A stretch of DNA of 64,000 bases from assembly GCF_000150275.1 (NCBI RefSeq), contig NW_002060943.1, forward strand, positions 11,842,878 to 11,906,877. The letters run 5' to 3'. Positions within the stretch are counted from its first letter, which is position 1. Each line of letters begins with the position of its first letter. Source of the stretch: Trichoplax adhaerens. Its lineage: Eukaryota; Animalia; Placozoa. Position numbers and translations under genes: made by a program. Below are positions 1-10,897 of the stretch, one piece after another. The notes beneath the pieces are model-generated. The model searched no databases. It had not been told where the DNA came from and saw nothing but the letters and a program-made list of their open reading frames with translations.

Positions 1-267
1 AAGTTAAATGAATTAATGAATGAATGAATTTATTATACAAACACACACGATAGTCGCTAACTCTACTCAAAAGTAATCAAGTTATTAGCCTAGCACAGAG
101 ATATTACAGCTTAAACTGCTTGATTATACATTACATGAGCGTATTCATCCGATCATACACAACATATTGATTGGTTATAATCCATCGCGCTATATTCCAA
201 TCAAGTGCGAGAACATGAACGAAGGAGGAAGTAAAAGAGAGTTGAACGAGTAATATTGATGTCATAG

Positions 268-450
268 CTACAGTGTACAGTACAAAGGAAGTCTATAGTA
301 CACTCCAGTACTGTAGCATAGTGGAAGAACGGTACTGGTGGCTTCCCCTGTGCACAGCGTTTACACTAGATAGACCTGTCAATAAAAAGACCTTTTTGAA
401 TAAAGTAGTCTACAGTACAGTATAGTTCGTACAGTGTATAGTACTGTAAA
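268..450. repeat. TACAGTA/TACTGTA-rich low-complexity tract upstream of MTIF2
   Basis: Clustered tacagtgtacagtac, cagtactgtag, tacagtacagta and tagtactgta, 200-400 bp before the MTIF2 ATG. Confidence 0.7.
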
Positions 451-662
451 CCATACTGGCCTGCAGACTGCAGTTGAGCTGAGCAACTTGATTGCAATCA
501 TGGAGAGCAGTGTGGAAGACGCTGCAGAATGATCAATTTAAATAGTCCACTGTCCGTTAATTTGCAATTCAATCCATGAAATAAATTGTATTCAATTCAA
601 GCTAATCTTAGTTAGAACTTGAATCTTCAACTATTTTATCCTTATACAATACTTGGCATAAG

Positions 663-3600
663 ATGATGATACGCTCCAACATTCTCAACTTGGTGACTCC
701 GAAAATTGCACAGGTACACCGCCGACTGCATGAAGAGTCTGTTAGAATAGTTGTATATCACAAGTAGACGAGATATTCTTGTGCAGTGAGATTGATAGCT
801 AGAGCAATACTAAACTGTAAATGCATCATTACCATGTAACAAACGATGAATTGATTAGATCATACTGTACGCGTATAGAGTACAATTTTATGGTGATATA
901 CCTTTCAGCAGCAATGTACAGTAGAATTTCTTTCTGTCTCTTAATATTGCGATTGACGTCATTATCTTAATCTAGTTTGGCCTTTGGCGACCGCCACTGT
1001 TGCTGCGGCTTTTTTCTTCTAGTCAAGTCAATTATTTCGCCAAAAAGAAATCCAAGGAAGCTAAAAAGGTATATCTTAACTTATTCTGGAGTATTTGAGA
1101 TGTTTTACCAGTAGACTGCCTGTACCATATTATAATGCGGTATCAATGAATGAATCGTTTCTCTTAAGTCAAGAGTGTGTATTGCATATCCATTTAGTTA
1201 TCGTCAACACAAATCCTACTACGCTCTAACATGAGCCTTCTCCAGTTTGCAAATGAAATCAAGGTAGAGCCAGGTAAGATTTCTTATTCTCTTTAAAATT
1301 ATCAGAACCGTCAAACTGCTAACTGCAGTATTGAGTTCGCCGTAATGCTTATGCTTATTATTAAGTCTACAACTTTCTTGATCGATATAATTGCATGTGT
1401 ATCTTATATTTGCCTCTAAGTTTATGCTCAAACTGAAATGATTCATGAATTGAAACTAACTATATGATACAAATATCCGTGCAAAATCCTTTAAAATTAT
1501 CTACAATATACCTACATCATTCCTTTCAGAAATTTTATGCCGAAAACTGCAAGAGTTAGATGATACCAATCAATACAAGATGGATACAAGTAAGCATTAG
1601 TCGTGCCTTCGTACAAGATCTCACTACAGTTTAAATATGTTACTCACTGTTCCAATTGCAAACTTATCAATTTCATTAATCGAATTCCATGGGTATATAC
1701 TGTAGTAAAGTCGTATGAGGTGCAGTGTAGAATGATAAAACGAAAATCAATTGACTTTTAGTATTATCCTTTACATGATGAGATGCTCGCCTAAGTCATT
1801 GAAAATTGGGTTGATTTTGTTAATATCCCTATTCTAGTCTTAAGTAGAGATCTGCAAGATTTACTATTATTAGAATATAATATAGCAGCTGACGAAATAT
1901 CTCACGGTACATCCCCTAGCAGGTAATGTTAATATGATTTCACCATCGATATGTTGTTATGGATGCAATTTGGTACATTGTTTAATGGACGTCTAATAGT
2001 AATCTTTTATTATCGTAGTGTATTAGAGGATAAGGCAGCATTGGTAACTCGACCACCAGTTGTAACCATCATGGGTCATATTGATCATGGAAAAACAACA
2101 CTTTTAGATCAGTTACGCCACACGTCAGTTGCAGCTGGTGAGGCTGGTGGAATTACTCAACATATTGGAGCATTTTTAGGTCAGTATTAGAATTTCTATC
2201 TTACCCTTAGTTGCTACTGCTACTACTTTGTATTGCATTATTATTGGAAACAGTATTTAATTAACAGATGCGTAATGATAATCTTTGCACCTCAGTTAAC
2301 GTCGCAGAAGGAAAACAAATTACCTTCCTGGACACGCCTGGTCATGCCGCTTTCACTTCTATGAGAGCTCGCGGAGCTAACGTTACTGATGTTGTAGTTT
2401 TAGTAATTGCAGCTGATGATGGAATTAAACCACAAACAACTGAATCTATAAAATATGCGAAATTAGCTGGAGTACCGATTATTGTGGCAATAAATAAAAT
2501 TGACAAAAAAGGTACAAATATTAGTAAAGTTAAATTAGAGTGTTTACGAAACGGATTGCAATTAGAAGAATATGGAGGAGAAATTCAAGCTATTGAAGTT
2601 TCTGCCCTGAAGGTATCTTGTTAACTATTGACGCGAACTCTTCTTCCTGTATCCGTTATAACTGAAATTTATTAACGGTGTATTGATTATGGTAGGGGAC
2701 AAATTTGGATAACTTAATCGAAGCTATATTAATACACGGCGAAATAGCTAACTTGAGAGCTGATCCTACATCTACCGTAAAAGGAGTCGTTATCGAATCG
2801 AAAGTTGATAAAGGCTTGGGGTTTGTCTTTGTTAGCGATATATACATGTTTTCTGATAAATATGAAAATATTCGCTCATGTCTCTCTTCTGGTAGGAACG
2901 TTTCAACTGTTTTAGTGGAACGTGGAACTCTGAGGAAAGGGCAGTTTTTAGTCAGCGGCTCTACTTTTGCAAAAGTAAGCTTAAATGTTTGTCTATTGAA
3001 TATACGTATCCCAGCGGTATGATAAGTTTATGACTATATTACTTTATACCAAGTATTCATTGCTAATAGGACGAACTGTAAGATTATTTATTTTAGTAAG
3101 CCTAACATTTCTATCACCTATCCGATTTCCTATCTATAAATAAAAATTTGAGATGTTATAGTTAATGATTTCAGATTATCAAATACTATAGAAAATTTTC
3201 TTCTATCCTTTCAACAGGTCAGATTACTTTTAAATCACGCCGGCAAACAAATTAAAGAAGCGTTACCTTCTCATCCAATCCAGGTTGCCGGATGGCGGAA
3301 TTTACCTGAAGTAGGAGATGATGTAATACAAACCAACTCAGAGGTAAAGCAACAATCTAATTCATATTAGCTATTAATATTATGTTAAAATACAAATTAG
3401 TTACAGGAAAATATATATATGTAATAGCTAAATTTCTGACATTAGCCGCAAACTTATAGCATTACAATGCTTGATTCTCCAGCCTTATCATGTCTTGCCA
3501 TTGTTTTTTAAGGCTGAGTCTCGCGAGTTGATAGATATTAGGAATTTAATATTAAAAAGGCGTCGAGAAGAAGCTAATTCGGTAGTAGCGCTTAAAAGGA

Positions 3601-4724
3601 AGCAATCAGAAGGTGTCTTGAAAAACAAAAATAAGGGAGATTCGATCTTGGATACGGCCGAGGAGCAAAATGAACTGCCTAAGCTTGCTATTGTTTTAAA
3701 AGGTATACAGCATTACTAAAGTTTACATTTCATCGTATTACTGTAGTTGCCACGTAGAATTTCATGATGGTATTTCTCATGATTTTGTAATAATAAGGAG
3801 ATGTCACTGGATCCGTAGAAGCTGTTATAGAAGCTATACAAACTTTTAAATCGAACGCTATCGAGATCAAGATACTCGAATCAGGCGTTGGACCTATAGT
3901 TGAAAGTGACATCGAATTGGCTGATTCTTTTCAAGGCATGTGTCATTAATTTTTCATGGAGTGTCCATAAGTATTGCACTTTCGATTAACTTTATTCTCT
4001 AAACTTGACTTAGGCATTATCCTAGGATTTAACGTTAAACCAACGAAAGAATCTAGACAATTAGCCAAAAAGCTGGACACATATATATACTCTAGTAATA
4101 TAATTTATAATCTGCTGGAAATTGTTAAGGTAGTGCTTTAGAAGTGTATTGTGAAGTAACTCTGTAATCATTTAAGATCACTACCGGAAAAAAATAAGCA
4201 TTAGTATTAATCATATAATCAAATATATTAATCAACTAAATTTTATTATTCCTATTTCAAACTTATAGAAGGAAGTTTTGGCTAGATTGCCGCTAATCTC
4301 AAAGGAAGAATTTGTAGGAGAGGCTAATGTATTACAAATATTTGATATTGGTGTAAGTAACCGTAAGACGGTACAAGTAGCTGGATGTCGTATCTTAGAG
4401 GGTGCCTTGCAGAGAAACGCAGTATTTCGAGTTTCTAGGAATTCTGAAGTTGTATATGAGGGTTTGTATTTTACTATATCGTATAGTCTTTATATTCAAT
4501 TTTACCTTTTTAAAGCATTTGTTGAACTACTGTATATAACATTCTTCTTATTTATGATAGGTCCAGCTAATTCACTGAAACATCTGAAAAACGATGTGGA
4601 TATAGTTAAAAAGGGTCAAGAGTGTGGGATTAGTTTCGGAAATGCATGTACAGTTGAAGAAAATGACAAAATAACTTGTTTTACTATCAAAAAGACCGAG
4701 CAAACTGTTGATTGGGATTTTTAA
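663..4724 (+). CDS. MTIF2: Mitochondrial translation initiation factor IF-2 (multi-exon)
   Basis: Spliced reading [10 protein letters not shown]|[31 protein letters not shown] (Arg/Leu/Ser-rich presequence-like), then IF2 G-domain motifs [56 protein letters not shown], the GDVTGSVEA motif, and C-terminal VAGCRI...[22 protein letters not shown]...VDWDF* (TAA 4722-4724). Confidence 0.95.
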
Positions 4725-5723
4725 GGATATTGGTAGATTTTTAAATTCCTCGGGTATTTCATAACAAGTTATGCTATTGCCTCAATGAACATTATTTAGG
4801 TCTGAATTAATTTTCTTGATTTTGAATTTGGTTATGAGATACCTGATAATACTCTCATGGATTAACCTGGTCAATGTCATTTTTAGCAAATTTATTATGT
4901 GATGATGTATGTTATTTATACACCGTACTACTAAAATTATGCAATAAAGAGCGATATTATTATAGAAATTAAAAGTAATATTGTGCATTACACAGCCGTG
5001 CGTGCTTTCCTCATGCGGATCTACCCTAAAATTCCTCAATAATGGAACTTTATTGTTGATTCAACTTACCTAATTTTAAGAAATATGCGTGTTTTAAATA
5101 TGAAACTTTACAGGTTTATCCTATGTTAAACGATAAATTTTCGTTGTAAACTGAAGTCAAATGTAACATAGGCTCTATTTTTAACCTTGGTTCCGATCTC
5201 TAGAGAGCGAACAATTTCAGTAATTCACATACAGAAACTCAAAAAAGTTATCGTAGGTAAAACCGAAAGACCCCAATGTACACTGAATAGTTAAGTAATC
5301 TAACCAGAATTACGAAGGATTATCGGAAGCCAGACATAAGAACACTAAGAGTTTCAGTATACAAGTCTACACCACCAAGGGCAGGCCTAAGATACCCTTC
5401 GATTTGCAATATTACTTAGGTCAATGTACTATTTGTGCAGCAAATTGTGCTTTAACGTAAAAGAACATGCCGAATTCTCTTCTTTTCCATTAGTAGCACG
5501 AATAATAAAGCAGGATACAAGTGATTGGAAGCAATTCCATACGTCATTTCTAGTAGTAGGATATAACTGATAGCTTTGCAGCAAGTTTACAGTGGTTAAT
5601 CGACGATCGATGCTGATTAAAATTGACAGTTTTTATTTTGTTACACCACTATCATCTCATAATGATTTACAGTACAAATGCGGAAATGAAACAATGCATA
5701 AGTATTTAACGTTATAAAATGCA

Positions 5724-6490
5724 TTACTTCTTCTTTCCACCTTTGGCGGACTTGGCTTTTTCTTGTTGCTGCTCCTGTGTAAATACGAATGTTGCACCAC
5801 ATTTTCCACAATATTGACGATCAAAATGATTTGCCATAAAAACACCAGCTTCATAAGGGCATTCACGACGTAAACGGGTAATTTTGCCATTTTCATCCAC
5901 TCTGTAGTACTTTAATACAGCCAATTTTACCTTCTTTTTCTTATGCTTGTTTTTCTTGGGTGTCGTGTAATTCTTCTTCTTACGTTTTTTAGCACCACCA
6001 AGCAAATTCAATGTCAAATCTAGTGTAGATTCTTCTTCAATACCACATCCTGCGATCAGTTGATAATCTTCTAGCGTTCTACCAGCGTATGTCAATCGTT
6101 GCTGATCACATAAGACGCCTACAAGTATGAACAATGTCCTTAATATTCTATCCTACGATCGACATAAAGTACCCGTAAGCCGTACATGATCTAAATCTAG
6201 TGCCTGATATTGAGTTCAAAGATAGTCAGTACTGTACTTGTTACTGTACGTATTTAGTGTCTACTTCATCGATCAATATTAACCTTCTCTGCCTTCAATT
6301 AAGTTCTTAACATCTTGGATAGTTTGGTCACCAGTCACCTAAGGATAACGTAAAACGTTGTCGATTCAGTTTATTTTTTTATTGGTTAGTGAAAGCTTTT
6401 CGTCTGATCGAAATCATAAGCGTCTGATAATCATGCAGTTACCTGGAGAGTGATCGTTCGACCGTCTATTACTCTAGTGAAAATCTGCAT
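5724..6490 (-). CDS. RPS27A: Ubiquitin-like protein / 40S ribosomal protein eS31 (S27a) fusion
   Basis: Exons 6490-6443, 6338-6284 and 6118-5724 splice to a 76-aa UBL ([10 protein letters not shown]...LNLLGG) followed by [45 protein letters not shown]...FDRQYCGKC, the eS31 signature. Probable 5'UTR intron about 6667-6499; AATAAA on the minus strand near 5637-5632. Confidence 0.95.
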
Positions 6491-6711
6491 TCTTCTACCT
6501 AAATTGGCCAAAATTAATAATGGTTTTAACTCTACTTTACAAATTATTAACGGCAATCGAACTTACTTAACGGATTAACTCAAGGATAAGTCAAAAAGTA
6601 ACCGATAATAAGAAACGATTCTAATACAGTTATAAAATAAGAATATTATTTTGCAAATCCAAATTACCTTTCCTCCTCACTTTACAACACTACACAGTCA
6701 GCCACGCGACA

Positions 6712-6752
6712 TGAAGAGAGAGAAATCCCACAAAGCCATGCGATATTTTATA
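6712..6752 (-). promoter_or_regulatory. Ribosomal-protein-type core promoter: TATA box plus polypyrimidine (TCT/5'TOP) initiator
   Basis: Minus strand reads TATAAAA (6752-6746) and, about 30 nt downstream, TTTCTCTCTCTTC (about 6724-6712), then a short non-coding exon ending in AAG|GTAATT. Confidence 0.7.
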
Positions 6753-6762
6753 AGGCAATTAT

Positions 6763-6965
6763 GCGCCGGCGCAGTATGTCTATGAGCGGACCATGCGCCA
6801 TAAGAGTAGTACGATACCATATTAACTGGAAGTCTGTATGTACTGTACTTCACTGGTGTACTGTACACTATATAGTGTACGGTGATCTACAAAACGAATG
6901 CGATGCTTGAAAACGGCTGTACGCCGGCGCAGTAGGACTATGAGCGGGGCTGGCCACGAGCCATA
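6763..6965. promoter_or_regulatory. Duplicated GC-rich motif CGCCGGCGCAGTA-n3-CTATGAGCGG in the RPS27A/STPG4 divergent promoter
   Basis: gcgccggcgcagtatgtctatgagcgg at 6763 and acgccggcgcagtaggactatgagcgg at 6921; conspicuous in AT-rich DNA. The regulatory role is inferred from position only. Confidence 0.5.
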
Positions 6966-7270
6966 CAGTACTGTACACTGTACACTACTGTACACTTTGT
7001 ACAGTATAATACTGTACAGTACTGTACAGTACTGTACATACAGTATAGTCAATTATGGACTACTTAAAGAAAACCTTCCAAGTATCTGTCCATCAATATG
7101 GTTTTTACTTTTTACCATAGAGATATAAGAAGAAAGTTTTTATTTCTTTATGATTTAACACTAATTTTTACTGCGGTTTTTGCCAGTTGAAAAGTACGCT
7201 TATACAGTACAGTACTGTACATTGTACACTGTGGTTTACAGTACAGTACTGTACTGTACGGTACTGTAGT
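6830..7270. repeat. Mixed-orientation TACAGTA/TACTGTA tract
   Basis: Ten TACAGTA or TACTGTA heptamers in 6961-7050 alone; further clusters at 6838-6880 and 7201-7268. Confidence 0.9.
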
Positions 7271-7459
7271 TCCTGGTTAACTACATGACGGGAATTGCCT
7301 ACAGCAGTATAAGCTTTCGTATCGGAACATAATATCCCTGATCTAGCAATCTGAAGTTAAAACCTCGGACATACAGATGCGCGGACATATTGTATATCAG
7401 CTACGTAAGCACTACAGGTACGCAAACAAGCAACAGGTAAATTACTCATCCTGCACTTG

Positions 7460-7473
7460 GTTGTCTTGGAGAC
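7460..7473. promoter_or_regulatory. Candidate RFX X-box
   Basis: GTTGTCTTGGAGAC resembles the 14-bp X-box (GTTGCCATGGAAAC type), about 340 bp upstream of the STPG4 ATG. Confidence 0.4.
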
Positions 7474-7812
7474 AGCGACTATTAACTACGATATGGATGA
7501 GTTACGACTGTAACTTTTTAAGTAAATAAATTATCATTTCTCTCATTTTGAGATGCTTCGTAATCGTATATCACGTAGCACAATGTACTTGTTGTAAAAT
7601 AAAAGTAGATGCGTAAGCTGATCAAATAGAAATTTATTCGTTTCCGAACCGGGCATCTAAATTAAAGTACTGTAATACGAGTCATTATCATGCGATAATA
7701 TGATAACTCAACAGCCGAGATTACAATTAGTAGTTTAATCATTGCCAATTTCGCCATCACAATATACAATACATTAGAATTATCCTCCCGTTTAAATCCT
7801 ACCAAATTAAGT

Positions 7813-10286
7813 ATGACAGAAATTATTGAAGAGAAAAAACATTTTCAAACTTTTCCCCGACGTAAAGGACGGAAATCTGACGTTCATAGCGAAAAGCACA
7901 AGTCTATATCTGCTGCTAAATTAAAAGCATTATCCAAACCCAAGGTAAGGAAGTATTTTTTAATTAATTAATTATTTACTTAATATCGCGAAAAATCGTA
8001 GTACATTATACGATTATTAGTCATCAAGTTCACCAAAATGGTTAATATGCCCTGATGTGATAGATACTCTTGCAACTTTTTTGGTTATTTATTTTAGCAT
8101 CGACCACCAGTATTAGGACGAAAGAATGTAATATCTGAAAGAGAATGGTGGAGAAAGGAAATTAAAGTAAGTAAATAAGCTAGTAGGTAATGGCTACTAA
8201 ATACTGTAAATACCCCAAAATTGTTCTTGGTACTTAGTATCACAGTATTATGCTATATGATAGTGTTGCTATATACTGAGAACTTGCTTTAGTGCAGTAA
8301 GTACTATTTCAACGCTCTTTTGAATATACGAATCGTTCAATCAAGATAATTTATCCAGTATAAAGTCATCGCATACCATTCCACTATTATAAATAGACTG
8401 TGCAATGATGTGAATCTGTTAGTAAGTAAAAGATTACATTACTATGCAATACGATCATAATAATATTATTGGTTATAGCTTTTATAGCATTCGGACCATA
8501 GCACTTATTTGATAAATTTTTTGGCTTAAATTTCTGGTTCTAGGAGATTTATAAATTTAACCAAATAAAAATATTCTACTCTATTGTAAATCATTACGAT
8601 CAAATATAATTATTGTCTTTTAAACCATTAATTTTAAGCAAACTAATCTGCTAATTGATGAATAATTTGCATTAAGGACACTCCCGAACCTGGGGCATAT
8701 GATATTCCAACTTTTGTCGATGATCTACATCGTAAGCAGCAGTGCTATAGCTTTAAAACAGAGTCTCGTGAAAAGAGATTACCACTAATCCTAGAATATA
8801 GCAAAAGCGGTCAACAATTATTACCTGGAGCTTATGATAAAGAAGATTTTCTAGATGTATTACAAAGATCGCGTAGAACATATTCTTTTAAAAGTGTTGA
8901 TAGAGAAAAGAACGCTAACATTGGCGTTTATGACAAGGTTCGAGCACATTTACTTAATTATTGCGCAAATAACGTCATAATTCTCATATTATTTGCTAAA
9001 TAAATACGTAAGTCAGTAATCTGAAATATACTTACTGACAAACTTTTCAAACTGAAGCATATTATTGTCAGCATATTCAAGTACATTCACTTTATTTAGC
9101 AACCTTTTATTTACTGATCGCTATAGGAAGTAGATACTAATCCAGCACAATATGAAATTGCAGATTTTGCAATTCACAAAGAACCATCTAGGTAATTTGA
9201 AGTAGTTTAATTTGTGCATAGTAAGGGTGTGATACCTTACTTCGTTTTCGCTAGTTAAGAAATCTATTTCATTATCGTAATTTACTGTCGTTATTCCTTT
9301 TGGTAATATTATACATTTATTCTTAAAACCAGACATGCAGCATTCAAGTCTGTCATCAAGAGATTCCCTCCCGTTCCTTTTAGACCGGTAACAATTTATT
9401 ATAATTAACGATATTTTAAGATAACTGAATTTAGCTAATATTTCAACTACAACAATAATCTACTTTAAACGTTATGCACTCACTACAAGGTGTATACCAT
9501 ATTATATAGCTAGAGTGAAAGTTACGATCTATTACCAACATGTATTTAATTCTCCTTCACGCGGTCACACATACAGTAGGCTAGGAGTATAACTTGTTCT
9601 TTTCATCAAGTTGGCCTTCAGTTAATAAATACGACAAACCGTAACAGTTATAGAAAATTATGACATACGTGTAAATAAAATACAAGCCGTAGCTCCGAGG
9701 GTGTAAAGATTTATACTTCTTCATTTAATATTGCGCACATCTGTATACGAGTACAGTATACAATTATACATCTACACACACCCTTATTTGCTACAATCTA
9801 TTATGCAATTAGTTTGAATCTGTCCTATCAGTAATGAGATTGTAAAACATAGCTACTGTAATTAGCTGAAATCATTACAAAGATTCTGCATCAATACAGA
9901 TAACTAAGGGCGTCAGCAATTCTAAAATAAAACGCTTTATTGTGTTCACTTATGCAACATGTACATGTAATATTCAGGCATATGGACCTGGGCCTGGCGA
10001 ATATCAAATCCCAGAAAAAAAGAGCAATACATCATGTGTTTCAAGCTTTAGATCAACTATTCCGCGATTATCATCATCAAGCACCGTAAGTATCTAAATT
10101 AATATTATTTTAAGTAATACTAAATGTCGATCTCATCAGTTATAATTAACTAACGATTGGTTACAGAAAGTACCCGGACCAGGAAGTTATCTACAAACTT
10201 ATCAAGATCCAAATATAAATGAAATAGAGCGATCTAAAGGAGTATGTGGTTCATTTTTTCATACGATTGCACCTAGCAAGAAGTAA
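7813..10286 (+). CDS. STPG4: Sperm-tail PG-rich repeat (SHIPPO-repeat) protein, STPG4/C2orf61-like
   Basis: Missed by the ORF track. Seven exons: MTEIIEEKK..|..ISEREWWRKEIK|DTPEPGAYDIPTFVDDL..YSFK..LPGAYDKEDFLDVL..TYSFK..|..NPAQYE..|..AFKSVIKRFP..|..GPGPGEYQIP..SSFRSTIPRL..|KVPGPGSY..FFHTIAPSKK*. Motif order matches recalled STPG4 (EREGWWR..DTPIPGTY..DFLDLL..ATYSFK..GPGPGHY..KTPGPGAY). Confidence 0.85.
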
Positions 10287-10897
10287 AATTGCTATATAGT
10301 AGTAAAGTTGTAATGAGGACAAAGGAAACGTCAATCAGATACATTTTAAGTAACAACAAAAAACTATTGCAAAATAGGTATATTTAGGACTAAAAATTAA
10401 TTTTATTACCAAATGTTCTCACTTTTTGTACAGTGTAAAGTTTGAAAATCTGTTGTAGTGAGCAAATCGCTAGAACAGTTTTAACATAGAGGGCTATAAA
10501 ATAGTTACTACCAGCCTGTTGTCTTATTATGATATTTAACGTATGAAGGTTTGTTTGGTGTGAGATAAGACAAAATTTATATTTTGACAAAGGAAACATA
10601 CTTAAAAATATATTCTTTAACGTGCAAATATATGTAATTTTAGTAAATATCTACATACAATACGTCTATGGTATTTATATATACATCGGCTACTAGCATA
10701 CATTGCAAGAGTATATAACAAACAGAAAAAACTGATTAATTCTTAAATCCAGTAACATTATATCGTAAATACTAATTGAGGCATTATCAACATTGTCTAT
10801 TCTAAAAACTTATCCAATGTAAATTCATGTTTTGAAAACTGTCGTTTGTATTTCTTTCATTAATTCATCTCATGGATATTGACTGACGACGAATGTA

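Noticed and set aside
1951-4724. Bacterial infB or horizontal transfer
   Set aside because: The gene has many spliceosomal introns and a presequence-like N-terminus, as expected for nuclear MTIF2.
5657-5896. 79-aa ORF overlapping RPS27A
   Set aside because: Alternative frame of the eS31 exon with no independent support.
6822-7128. ORF-track ORFs rich in Y/S/T/V/Q/C/L (also 17699-18151, 44744-45994, 47778-48202)
   Set aside because: They are translations of TACAG/TACTG tracts (YSTVLYC patterns), not proteins.
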